Source: Minisyncoccia bacterium (lineage in GTDB: Bacteria > Patescibacteriota > Minisyncoccia > Phycocordibacterales > UBA9973). Taken from it: a stretch of DNA of 64,000 nt. The DNA lies in NCBI GenBank assembly GCA_038249055.1, contig JBBRWS010000002.1, positions 78,118 to 142,117 of the forward strand, written 5' to 3'. Every line of letters starts with the position of its first letter. Position 1 is the first letter of the stretch. The notes beneath the pieces were generated by a model, which saw only the letters and a program-made list of their open reading frames with translations, was not told the origin of the DNA and ran no database searches. The position numbers and the translations under genes are program-made. Positions 1 to 6,953 of this stretch are shown here, piece after piece.

Positions 1-1
1 A

Positions 2-208
2 ATTTTTGTTCTAACAGGAACTCTTTCTACAATGTCACGGAATGATGCAAAGAAAAAAATCATTGAACAAGGTGGAAGCGTTGCATCTTCGGTATCCTCA
101 AATACTAGTTATGTAGTGGCGGGAGATAAGCCAGGAAGTAAATATGATGATGCAAATAAAATTGGGGTCAAAATACTCAATGAAGAAGAATTTTTGAAAA
201 TAATCTAA
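2..208 (+). CDS. ligA: NAD-dependent DNA ligase LigA, C-terminal BRCT domain (5'-partial; gene continues upstream of window)
   Basis: Frame-2 ORF runs off the 5' edge and ends TAA at 206-208. Translation ...SRNDAKKKIIEQGGSVASSVSSNTSYVVAGDKPGSKYDDANKIGVKILNEEEFLKII resembles the terminal BRCT module of bacterial LigA. Confidence 0.7.
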   Translation: MFVLTGTLSTMSRNDAKKKIIEQGGSVASSVSSNTSYVVAGDKPGSKYDDANKIGVKILNEEEFLKII

Positions 209-226
209 ATATGTTATTCTAAATAT

Positions 227-349
227 ATGCTCCCGTTAGAAGCCGCGGTCATGATATCTAATTGCGGGGTGTAAAAAAATATTATTTAAATTAATTATGC
301 AGGTTGGTTTCATTATAGAATTGACCACGACCTGCTTCTAACGGGATGC
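227..349 (+). repeat. Start-codon-overlapping inverted-repeat leader element, copy 1
   Basis: Left arm tCCCGTTAGAAGC (231-243) is perfectly complementary over 13 bp to right arm GCTTCTAACGGGa (334-346). Direct repeat ATGC at 227-230 and 346-349. Right-arm ATG 346-348 is the gatC start codon. Same architecture recurs at 43583-43712 and 57799-57924. Confidence 0.6.
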
Positions 350-642
350 AACTAGAAGATATTAAGAAATTAGCCCAACTCGCTCGTATAGATATGAGCG
401 ATGAAGAAATGACCAAAATTGCAAAAGATTTTGATCCTATTTTGGCGTATGTATCTCAAGTGCAAGAAGCATTGAAATTAAGTGAACATATTTCTCTTGA
501 TAAAGAACCAGAAAATTATTTTTTACACAATATAATGCGTGAAGATAAAGTTACAAATAATAGGGGAGAATATACAGAAAAAATTATGGCGGAGGTTCCC
601 GACACAGATAGTGGATTTATAAAAGTAAAACAAATATTATAG
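346..642 (+). CDS. gatC: Asp-tRNA(Asn)/Glu-tRNA(Gln) amidotransferase subunit C
   Basis: 98-aa ORF. Small acidic GatC-like sequence (…DFDPILAYVSQV…) immediately upstream of gatA, the conserved gatCA order. Confidence 0.85.
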   Translation: MQLEDIKKLAQLARIDMSDEEMTKIAKDFDPILAYVSQVQEALKLSEHISLDKEPENYFLHNIMREDKVTNNRGEYTEKIMAEVPDTDSGFIKVKQIL

Positions 643-684
643 ATTAGTTTCTAAAAGTTAGTGACTAAGTTTTAAACATATAAA

Positions 685-2103
685 ATGAAAATTGATTTAA
701 AAGATTTAACAATTGAAAAAGCGCACAACTCTTTAAAAAATGGTGAATATACCGTTACGGATTTAGTGAATGAATATTTAATAGTTATTAAAGAAAAAAA
801 TGGTGAAATAAATGCGTATAGAGAGATTTATAATGATGTATTAGAACAAGCGCATATTGCTGAAGAAATGTTTAAAAATGGAACTGATACTTTAATGACT
901 GGCATACCAATGGCTCTCAAAGACAATATGCTTTTTGATGGTCATATCGCTTCCGCATCATCTTTAATTCTTGAAAATTACAAGGCGACTTATGATGCAA
1001 CTCTTGTTAAACAATTAAAAAAACAAGGAGCAGTTTTTCTTGGCAGAACAAATATGGACGAATTTGCTATGGGATCTTCTACGGAAACAAGTGCTTTTGG
1101 TAACACAAAAAACCCTTTAGATATAACTCGAGTACCAGGTGGTTCGTCAGGTGGTTCTGTGGCAGCAGTTGCAATGAATGGGGCACTTGTATCTCTTGGG
1201 AGTGATACAGGTGGCTCAATACGTCAGCCAGCTGCATTCTGTGGGCTTGTGGGACTTAAGCCGACATATGGAACTGTTTCTCGATTTGGAATAATTTCAA
1301 TGGGAAGTTCACTTGACCAAGTTGGTCCTTTTGGAAAAACTGTTAGAGATGCAGAAATTCTTTTCAATGCTATTAATGATTATGATGAAAAAGATAGTAC
1401 TTCTATAAAAGAAGAGTTTAGATTAAAACCCGAAGCTCTTAAAAAGAAAATTGGTGTACCTAGGTCTTTTCTTTCCGGAGAGGGAACAGATCCTGAGATT
1501 ATTAAAAATTTTGAAGAGAGTTGTAAAAAATTGGAAGATGCAGGATATGAAATTATTGATGTATCATTACCTTTGATAAAATATTCACTCGCAGTTTATT
1601 ATATAATTTCTCCAGCAGAAGTTTCTAGTAATTTAGCACGTTATGATGGTATCCGTTATGGATTACATGAGGATGGTAAAAATCTTTATGATGTTTATAT
1701 AAAGAGTCGAGGGAAGGGGTTTGGAAAAGAAGTACGCAGAAGAATATTACTTGGAACTTATATACTCTCGCATGGTTATTACGATGCCTATTATAATACC
1801 GCGATAAAAGTTAGAGATGCTATTAAACAAGAATTAACAAATGTTTTTCTTGAAGTAGATGCTATTGTTACACCAACATCTCCTGTTATGCCTTTTCGTT
1901 TTGGTGAAAAAATGGAAGATCCTATTAGTATGTATTTATCGGATTTGTTTTCAGTTCCAGCAAATATTGCAGGAATTCCTGCAATCTCTATTCCGTCAGG
2001 AAAAAATAAAGAAGGATTACCATTTGGATTTCATATAATGGCTCCATCTTTACGTGAAGATATACTCTTTACCATTGGGAAAGATTTTGAAAAACAAGTA
2101 TAA
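685..2103 (+). CDS. gatA: Glutamyl-tRNA(Gln) amidotransferase subunit A (amidase signature family)
   Basis: 472 aa. Amidase signature GGSSGGSVAAVA, catalytic Ser-cisSer-Lys context, length typical of GatA. Confidence 0.9.
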   Translation: MKIDLKDLTIEKAHNSLKNGEYTVTDLVNEYLIVIKEKNGEINAYREIYNDVLEQAHIAEEMFKNGTDTLMTGIPMALKDNMLFDGHIASASSLILENYKATYDATLVKQLKKQGAVFLGRTNMDEFAMGSSTETSAFGNTKNPLDITRVPGGSSGGSVAAVAMNGALVSLGSDTGGSIRQPAAFCGLVGLKPTYGTVSRFGIISMGSSLDQVGPFGKTVRDAEILFNAINDYDEKDSTSIKEEFRLKPEALKKKIGVPRSFLSGEGTDPEIIKNFEESCKKLEDAGYEIIDVSLPLIKYSLAVYYIISPAEVSSNLARYDGIRYGLHEDGKNLYDVYIKSRGKGFGKEVRRRILLGTYILSHGYYDAYYNTAIKVRDAIKQELTNVFLEVDAIVTPTSPVMPFRFGEKMEDPISMYLSDLFSVPANIAGIPAISIPSGKNKEGLPFGFHIMAPSLREDILFTIGKDFEKQV

Positions 2104-2111
2104 TACATCAT

Positions 2112-2723
2112 ATGGAGACCACCGCTATACAATCAGCATTAGATAAACCTCTTTTTACACCAAATTATTTAAATATTGAATACGTATTTAGTAAAGTAAT
2201 TGAATACACGCAAGGAATAGTAAAAGTTTTATCTGATCCTCATACATGGTCTACAGTTGGTGTAATATCAGCTCTTTTAACGATGATTATACTAGCAATA
2301 ATTATATTCTCCCTTGTTAGATTAATAGAAATTCAAATTTACGACAAAGAAGAAATAGAACATGAAATTCACATAGCTCTATTAAAGGAAAAAGAAAGAA
2401 ATAGAAATGCAAACCCACGATGGCATTATATTCTGACTTTAGTTGAGAGCCCAAATGAATCTGACTGGCGGGTTTCAATTATGGAAGCTGATTCTATGAT
2501 GGAAGAAATTTTAAAAGAGAATGGTCTTTCCGGGGGAACTGTTAGTGAGCTTTTAGAAGGAGCTAAAGATAGTGGATATAGAAGTATTCAAGACGCATGG
2601 AGTGCTCACTTAATCAGAAATCAAATAGCACACGTTGGTTCCGAATTTCCCTTAAGCCAGGTTGAAGCTCGTCGAGTTATTAAAATGTATCAAAACTTTT
2701 TTGAAGAATTAAGGATAATATAA
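2112..2723 (+). CDS. Hypothetical membrane-anchored protein, single TM (VGVISALLTMIILAIIIFSLV), C-terminal soluble domain with HEPN-like Rx4H (LIRNQIAHV)
   Basis: 203-aa ORF directly after gatA. Hydrophobic helix near residue 50. No confident family assignment. Confidence 0.45.
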   Translation: METTAIQSALDKPLFTPNYLNIEYVFSKVIEYTQGIVKVLSDPHTWSTVGVISALLTMIILAIIIFSLVRLIEIQIYDKEEIEHEIHIALLKEKERNRNANPRWHYILTLVESPNESDWRVSIMEADSMMEEILKENGLSGGTVSELLEGAKDSGYRSIQDAWSAHLIRNQIAHVGSEFPLSQVEARRVIKMYQNFFEELRII

Positions 2724-2747
2724 AAAGAGTAGCGAATGCTACTCTTT

Positions 2748-3230
2748 TTATATTTTTGGTACAATTTTTATTGTTTCCATTCCACTTAAATATCCATGCA
2801 GAGTCGTTCCAGTGATTATAGACATTGGTAACTGAACAAATACTAAATTTATAATTAGTAAATCTAATGGAAACCAAATATAAATTAACATAGTTGAAAA
2901 ACTCAACGTATAAAATATATTAAACATTAAATGTTGATTAAATGTGTAATGTTTTTTCCAGTAAGTATCCATTATTTTCATTCCAAAACAACGATCTTTT
3001 TGGTATATAAATATAAAAGATTCATAAAGTCCAAAAAGTAAAATGACTGATATTCTCCAATATAAAGATGGCCCCCATAGTATCAAAAAGGGAACTGATA
3101 AACCTAGGGCAATAAGTGTATTTAAAAAAGAAGCACCTAATTTTTGGAAAGGGTTAGTTTTTTTAATTTCATATTTCAATCCATCGATTGGAGGTAACTG
3201 TTCAATGTGAAGATTTTTTTTTCTTTTCAT
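2748..3230 (-). CDS. Hypothetical polytopic membrane protein (about 4 TM)
   Basis: The track ORF 2748..3434 is trimmed to the internal Met (MKRKKNLH…). Upstream of that the ORF overlaps a tRNA-fragment/repeat region and has no hydrophobic periodicity. The body is strongly hydrophobic. Confidence 0.4.
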   Translation of the reverse strand: MKRKKNLHIEQLPPIDGLKYEIKKTNPFQKLGASFLNTLIALGLSVPFLILWGPSLYWRISVILLFGLYESFIFIYQKDRCFGMKIMDTYWKKHYTFNQHLMFNIFYTLSFSTMLIYIWFPLDLLIINLVFVQLPMSIITGTTLHGYLSGMETIKIVPKI

Positions 3231-3358
3231 TAATGGATTATAACAGAAAAAGTGAGAGTAAGAATAGTGGGGGGTTATACATGATTGGAAATGTCGAAGG
3301 GACTTTCCGATTACATCGGCAGGTATTTTTCGGTCTCGTAAACTCGACATCGAAAAAT

Positions 3359-3375
3359 CTTTCAAGTCCCTTACG
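3359..3375 (+). repeat. Partial copy of tRNA-Asp T-arm/3' end (CTTTCAAGTCCCTTACG), in inverted orientation relative to the tRNA-Asp gene
   Basis: 14/16 match to GGTTCAAGTCCCTTCG of the tRNA at 3582-3655. Immediately followed (3376-3418) by the reverse complement of the 40-nt 'Y hairpin' also found at 13322-13362. Confidence 0.5.
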
Positions 3376-3485
3376 GAGCAAACCCAGTAGGTCATTTTAC
3401 TAAATGAGCAGTTTATGATGACTTGGTCACACATAATTTTCTGGTGAAAATTTGTGCTACCCCGACTCGGCTCGCCAGCCTCCGT

Positions 3486-3507
3486 CTTTCAAGTCCCTTC
3501 GACTGCC
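3486..3507 (+). repeat. Copy of tRNA-Asp 3' end (T-stem 3' strand plus acceptor: CTTTCAAGTCCCTTCGACTGCC), inverted relative to the gene
   Basis: 20/22 identical to the 3' terminal 22 nt of the tRNA-Asp sense sequence. Forms a 19-bp inverted repeat with 3583-3604 across a 75-nt spacer containing two hairpins. Confidence 0.6.
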
Positions 3508-3545
3508 ATTAAAAACAACTAATGTTGCTTTTAATGGCAAATAAA

Positions 3546-3573
3546 TAAAAGCCCCTATTAAAAGGGGCTTTTA
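3546..3573. terminator. Bidirectional rho-independent terminator hairpin (AAAAGCCCCTATTAAAAGGGGCTTTT)
   Basis: Perfect 9-bp GC-containing stem with A/T runs on both sides. Sits just 3' of tRNA-Asp. Confidence 0.6.
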
Positions 3574-3581
3574 TTTATTTG

Positions 3582-3655
3582 CGCAGTCGAAGGGACTTGA
3601 ACCCTCAACCTCCCACGTGACAGGCGGGTGCTCTAACCAGTTGAGCTACAACTGC
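3582..3655 (-). tRNA. tRNA-Asp (anticodon GTC)
   Basis: Minus-strand cloverleaf GCAGTTG/TAGCTCAACTGGTTAGAGCA/CCCGCCTGTCACGTGGG/…GGTTCAAGTCC/CTTCGACTGC+G. 7-bp acceptor with one G-U, TTCAAGT T-loop, anticodon loop CT-GTC-AC. CCA not encoded. Confidence 0.85.
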
Positions 3656-3885
3656 AAATTCTTTTTTAGAAACCTTCTTCCAGCTGCTGTTTTGAAATAA
3701 ACTTCACGAGAACGAGCTTCTTTTAAAGAAGGATATTCCTCCGTGTAAACAATTTTTAAGCCAGACATATTTTTTGTCGATTTAGTTTGTCCACTTTTAT
3801 GCTCACTGAAACGTCTGGCAAGATCATTAGTAAATCCTTTATAGAATTTTCCTTTATTATCTTGTAAAACGTAGACAATATACAT
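3646..3885 (-). CDS. GIY-YIG nuclease superfamily protein (UPF0213-like small stand-alone GIY-YIG)
   Basis: Begins MYIVYVLQDNKGKFYKGFTNDLARRFSEHKSG… (GIY…YKG, R, E, H, N motifs). The track ORF extends to 3987 but the family starts at the MYIVYV Met. Its 3' end overlaps the tRNA-Asp 5' end by about 10 nt. Confidence 0.7.
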   Translation of the reverse strand: MYIVYVLQDNKGKFYKGFTNDLARRFSEHKSGQTKSTKNMSGLKIVYTEEYPSLKEARSREVYFKTAAGRRFLKKNLQL

Positions 3886-3994
3886 AATTAGTTGAGCCCC
3901 GCCCGACTGAACGATGTAATCAGTCGTTCGGGCAGGTACAACTGTAAACACATTATTAAGATAACATAAAGTAGAATTTTTTTCCACTTTATTG

Positions 3995-4068
3995 TGTCGG
4001 TGGGAAGACTTGAACTTCCTACCTCGGGCTTATGAGTCCCGCGCTCTAACCAGATGAGCTACACCGAC
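3995..4068 (-). tRNA. tRNA with CAT anticodon (elongator Met, or Ile2 if lysidinylated)
   Basis: Minus-strand GTCGGTG/TA/GCTC…GAGC/G/CGGGA-CTCATAA-GCCCG/AGGTA/GGAAG-TTCAAGT-CTTCC/CACCGAC+A. Regular G1:C72 acceptor. CCA not encoded. Confidence 0.7.
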
Positions 4069-4136
4069 ATTTACTAAAAACAAAATCGATTACTTCGGTT
4101 TTGTGGATACGCATTGGTATGTCACTTACCGAATTG

Positions 4137-4207
4137 TTGCGGGAGGTCGAATCGAACGACCGTCTTAAGGTTATGAGCCTTACGAGATACCATTTCTCTA
4201 TCCCGCG
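4137..4207 (-). tRNA. Initiator-type tRNA-fMet (anticodon CAT)
   Basis: Minus-strand CGCGGGA…TCCCGCA+A with the bacterial-initiator C1:A72 mismatch. A11:U24 in the D-stem, anticodon loop CTCATAA, T-loop TTCGATT. 71 nt, no CCA. Confidence 0.7.
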
Positions 4208-4235
4208 ATATTATTACTACTTCAAACTTTTTCTT

Positions 4236-4312
4236 CTCAAATCTTAAGGTTATGAGATCTATTATTTTCTTGCGAGATACCATTTCTCTATCCCGCGATA
4301 TTTACTACTTTT
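4236..4312 (-). pseudogene. Tandem partial duplicate of the tRNA-fMet gene (5' two-thirds: acceptor, D-arm and anticodon arm, interrupted by ATCTATTATTTTCTTG; no T-arm)
   Basis: 4239-4290 repeats 4160-4210 (…TTAAGGTTATGAG…CGAGATACCATTTCTCTATCCCGCGATATT…). The following TACTACTT is also duplicated. No complete cloverleaf. Confidence 0.6.
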
Positions 4313-4523
4313 AACTGTTTTGTATATTAAAAACGTAACAAATGAAGCCTTTTTAACAGGCCTTATGCATGTAATTTATATAGTGTACTCATTATAACAA
4401 AAAATATAGATTTTGCAATGATTGAAAGAGAGCTTAATTTATAGTATTCTTAAATCAATTAATTGTTTTAGCTCTACAACATTAAAAATGTTCGGGCGAA
4501 TAATTTTTAATAAAATTGTTTTA

Positions 4524-4595
4524 GCCGTCGTAGCTTAGTGGTAAAGCACTGTCTTGGTAAGACAGAGACCGTGAGTCCGATTCTCACCGACGGCT
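4524..4595 (+). tRNA. tRNA-Thr (anticodon GGT)
   Basis: GCCGTCG/TA/GCTT-AGTGGTAA-AGCA/CTGTC-TTGGTAA-GACAG/AGAC/CGTGA-GTCCGAT-TCTCA/CCGACGGC+T. Perfect 7-bp acceptor. Confidence 0.85.
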
Positions 4596-4597
4596 CA

Positions 4598-5101
4598 TTA
4601 AGAAATTTCTATTTCAGTCTCAGGTGTAATTTTGTTTACGAGTTTTAACATATCTTCTTTTTTGACAGCCAAACATCCTTTGGTATATTCCATATTTTTC
4701 TTTGCGATATGTATAAATATAGCACTTCCTTTTTCTTTTATAACTGGTGAGTCATTGTATCCGAGAACAATAATAATGTCGTACATTTCATCCTCTCTCC
4801 ATAAATTTTCATAACTTCCAGCAAAAGGTAATTTAATAAAAGTATTATATTCTTTTTTTGTTGGGTCATCACACCAAGCATCATTTTCAGATAAGGGGAT
4901 ACATTTTATTGTTGTTTCTAAATCAGAGATACGGTCTTTTCTATAATATATTTTTCTTATAGGGAAAGTTCCTTTTGGTGTTTTCCAATCTCCCTCCATT
5001 TTTTCAGTAGTTACCCCGTCTCTTCCGAATACACAAAAAAAAGAGACATCATCCGTAGATAATAATCTCTTTTCGTATTCAGCTTGTAACTTGTTTTCCA
5101 T
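4598..5101 (-). CDS. L,D-transpeptidase (YkuD/ErfK family) catalytic-domain protein
   Basis: 167 aa with the L,D-TPase active-site arrangement …GSAIFIHIA…TKGCLAV (His…Ser/Thr-x-Gly-Cys). Confidence 0.7.
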   Translation of the reverse strand: MENKLQAEYEKRLLSTDDVSFFCVFGRDGVTTEKMEGDWKTPKGTFPIRKIYYRKDRISDLETTIKCIPLSENDAWCDDPTKKEYNTFIKLPFAGSYENLWREDEMYDIIIVLGYNDSPVIKEKGSAIFIHIAKKNMEYTKGCLAVKKEDMLKLVNKITPETEIEIS

Positions 5102-5105
5102 AATA

Positions 5106-5600
5106 TTATTCTACTTTATCAAAAGCAGAATGCCAATATAGTTCCAGTACAGGAGCTTTCTTTTTACTTCCGTCCTTATCAAGTCCGGAGTAGTGTAAAG
5201 GGTGTTCACCTGGCATACCTAAAGAACTTCGATTTGAGATTGCTTGGCTTTCACCAACATAAACACCTAAATGTTTATGGTCTGCTCCATTCTGATGAAC
5301 AGAGCCCCAAACTACAACGCAACCCTTTTTGAGGTTATTTATTTTGTACCATCCAGATTTTTGCATAGCGTACAATGTTCCGGGGACTGTAAAATGTGCT
5401 CTATCAATTAATCCATGTAAAAGAAGAATAGATGAAATAAAATAAGCACAAGATAAATCCCCATCTTTTAGTACGTCATTACCTTCTTTATCAAGGTAAC
5501 TTCTAAAAAGTTGAGATCCAGTAGCATTTCGGATACTCAAAAGAAAATTTTCTTTTTTCATCTTGCGTTTTTTTGTTTTAAATTTCTCAAAATTTACCAT
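5106..5600 (-). CDS. Putative CHAP/NlpC-P60-like cysteine peptidase (cell-wall hydrolase-like)
   Basis: 164 aa. Conserved Cys (GDLSCAYFISS) followed about 60 residues later by His in a beta-strand context (ADHKHLGVYVGE), as in papain-like amidases. Co-oriented with the L,D-transpeptidase, 4 nt apart. Confidence 0.45.
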   Translation of the reverse strand: MVNFEKFKTKKRKMKKENFLLSIRNATGSQLFRSYLDKEGNDVLKDGDLSCAYFISSILLLHGLIDRAHFTVPGTLYAMQKSGWYKINNLKKGCVVVWGSVHQNGADHKHLGVYVGESQAISNRSSLGMPGEHPLHYSGLDKDGSKKKAPVLELYWHSAFDKVE

Positions 5601-5681
5601 TTTTAGGGTATTATGTCAAAATGATACATAAGTGTTATTATGTTGTTAACTTAAATATTTTTTAAGGTTAAAAATAAAAAG

Positions 5682-5754
5682 GCCGATGTAGCTCAGTTGG
5701 TAGAGCAGTCCCTTCGTAAGGGAAAGGTCGTCAGTTCGATTCTGACCCTCGGCT
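5682..5754 (+). tRNA. tRNA-Thr (anticodon CGT)
   Basis: GCCGATG/TA/GCTC-AGTTGGTA-GAGC/A/GTCCC-TTCGTAA-GGGAA/AGGT/GTCAG-TTCGATT-CTGAC/CCTCGGC+T. One acceptor mismatch (T6:C67) and a G27:A43 mismatch. Confidence 0.7.
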
Positions 5755-5887
5755 CTGGTTGGGTAAAATAGAAAAGTTCATTCGTAAGAAAATAGATTAA
5801 CTTAGTTAGCAAAACATTGGAAGTATCCGATTCCGACCTTTGGCTAAGTTTTTAATAAAAGGAAGCTAATGATTTTAAAATTAACAT

Positions 5888-6934
5888 ATGAATAAAAATA
5901 AAAGCACAAGCAATAATAATAAAGTTTTTAAAGGAGAAAATGCAATAAAAGATTTTTTGACACCAGGAGCATTGGGAATGACACCTATTGTTGAGCTTCC
6001 TCCTTCTCTAAATAAATTTTCTAAAGATGGTGTCAGAATATTTGTAAAGTTAATGCAATTTGTTCCTCTTGGAAATATAAAATCAATGCCATCATGGGAA
6101 ATGCTTTCCGGTATTGATAAAAATACTCTTAAAAATACAAAACATTTAGTTGAGTATTCATCAGGTAATACTGTTTTATCTCTTGCAATTCTTTCTCGTC
6201 ATTTTGGAATTCCAAATTTACACGCAATTATTACTCCTGATGTTCCAGAGCATAAAAAACGCTTACTTAAATTAGTTGGGGCAGATTTACTCATATCTCA
6301 TGGACCAAGAAGTCCCGATGTTCATAGTAAAATGGGGGGAGTTTATGAGGCTAAAAAACTTGGAGAAAAAAAGGGATGGCATAATCTAAATCAGTATATA
6401 AATCCTGGTAATGCGGGTGCATCAGAGGAATATGTAGCCAAAGAACTATGGAATCAACTAGGAGATAGTCTAACTATTTTTGCTTCAACTATTGGAACCG
6501 CTGGAACTATATATGGAACAGGAACTTATTTAAAATCAAAAAATAAAAATATTTATGTAGCCGGTTCTTCAATTAAAAAAGGTTCATCTATTCCTGGCCC
6601 TCGTGTAGATGAGGCTATACTTAAGCTCGGTATTCCTTGGTATGACATTGTAGATAAGGTTATTCCTATTGATGCAGTTTCTGCGTATGAAAGAAGCCTA
6701 GCACTTATCAGGCTTGGATTATTTGTTGGACCTTCAACAGGGATGCAATTAGCTATGATAGAAAAAATGTTAAAAGAAATGAAGAAAAATAAAACCCTTT
6801 CTCAATACAGAAATAAAAATAAAGAAGTTGTTATTGCTTTTGTGGCTTGTGATATGATGCATCCATACATAGACGATTATTTTTCTATTTTACCTAAAAA
6901 ATATTTCAAACCTGAACATAATTTAAATAAATAA
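5888..6934 (+). CDS. PLP-dependent enzyme of the cysteine synthase / Trp-synthase-beta (fold type II) family
   Basis: 348 aa. Lys in NIKSMPSW (PLP Schiff-base context), SGNTV glycine-rich loop, …RLLKLVGADLLISHG… matching CysK/CysM layout. Confidence 0.6.
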   Translation: MNKNKSTSNNNKVFKGENAIKDFLTPGALGMTPIVELPPSLNKFSKDGVRIFVKLMQFVPLGNIKSMPSWEMLSGIDKNTLKNTKHLVEYSSGNTVLSLAILSRHFGIPNLHAIITPDVPEHKKRLLKLVGADLLISHGPRSPDVHSKMGGVYEAKKLGEKKGWHNLNQYINPGNAGASEEYVAKELWNQLGDSLTIFASTIGTAGTIYGTGTYLKSKNKNIYVAGSSIKKGSSIPGPRVDEAILKLGIPWYDIVDKVIPIDAVSAYERSLALIRLGLFVGPSTGMQLAMIEKMLKEMKKNKTLSQYRNKNKEVVIAFVACDMMHPYIDDYFSILPKKYFKPEHNLNK

Positions 6935-6953
6935 ATTTTGTTATAATAAGATA

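Noticed and set aside
3188-3403. 71-aa + strand ORF (MEVTVQCEDFFFF…)
   Set aside because: It lies entirely within the tRNA-Asp fragment/Y-hairpin repeat region. It is low-complexity with no start context. It is better explained as non-coding repeat DNA.
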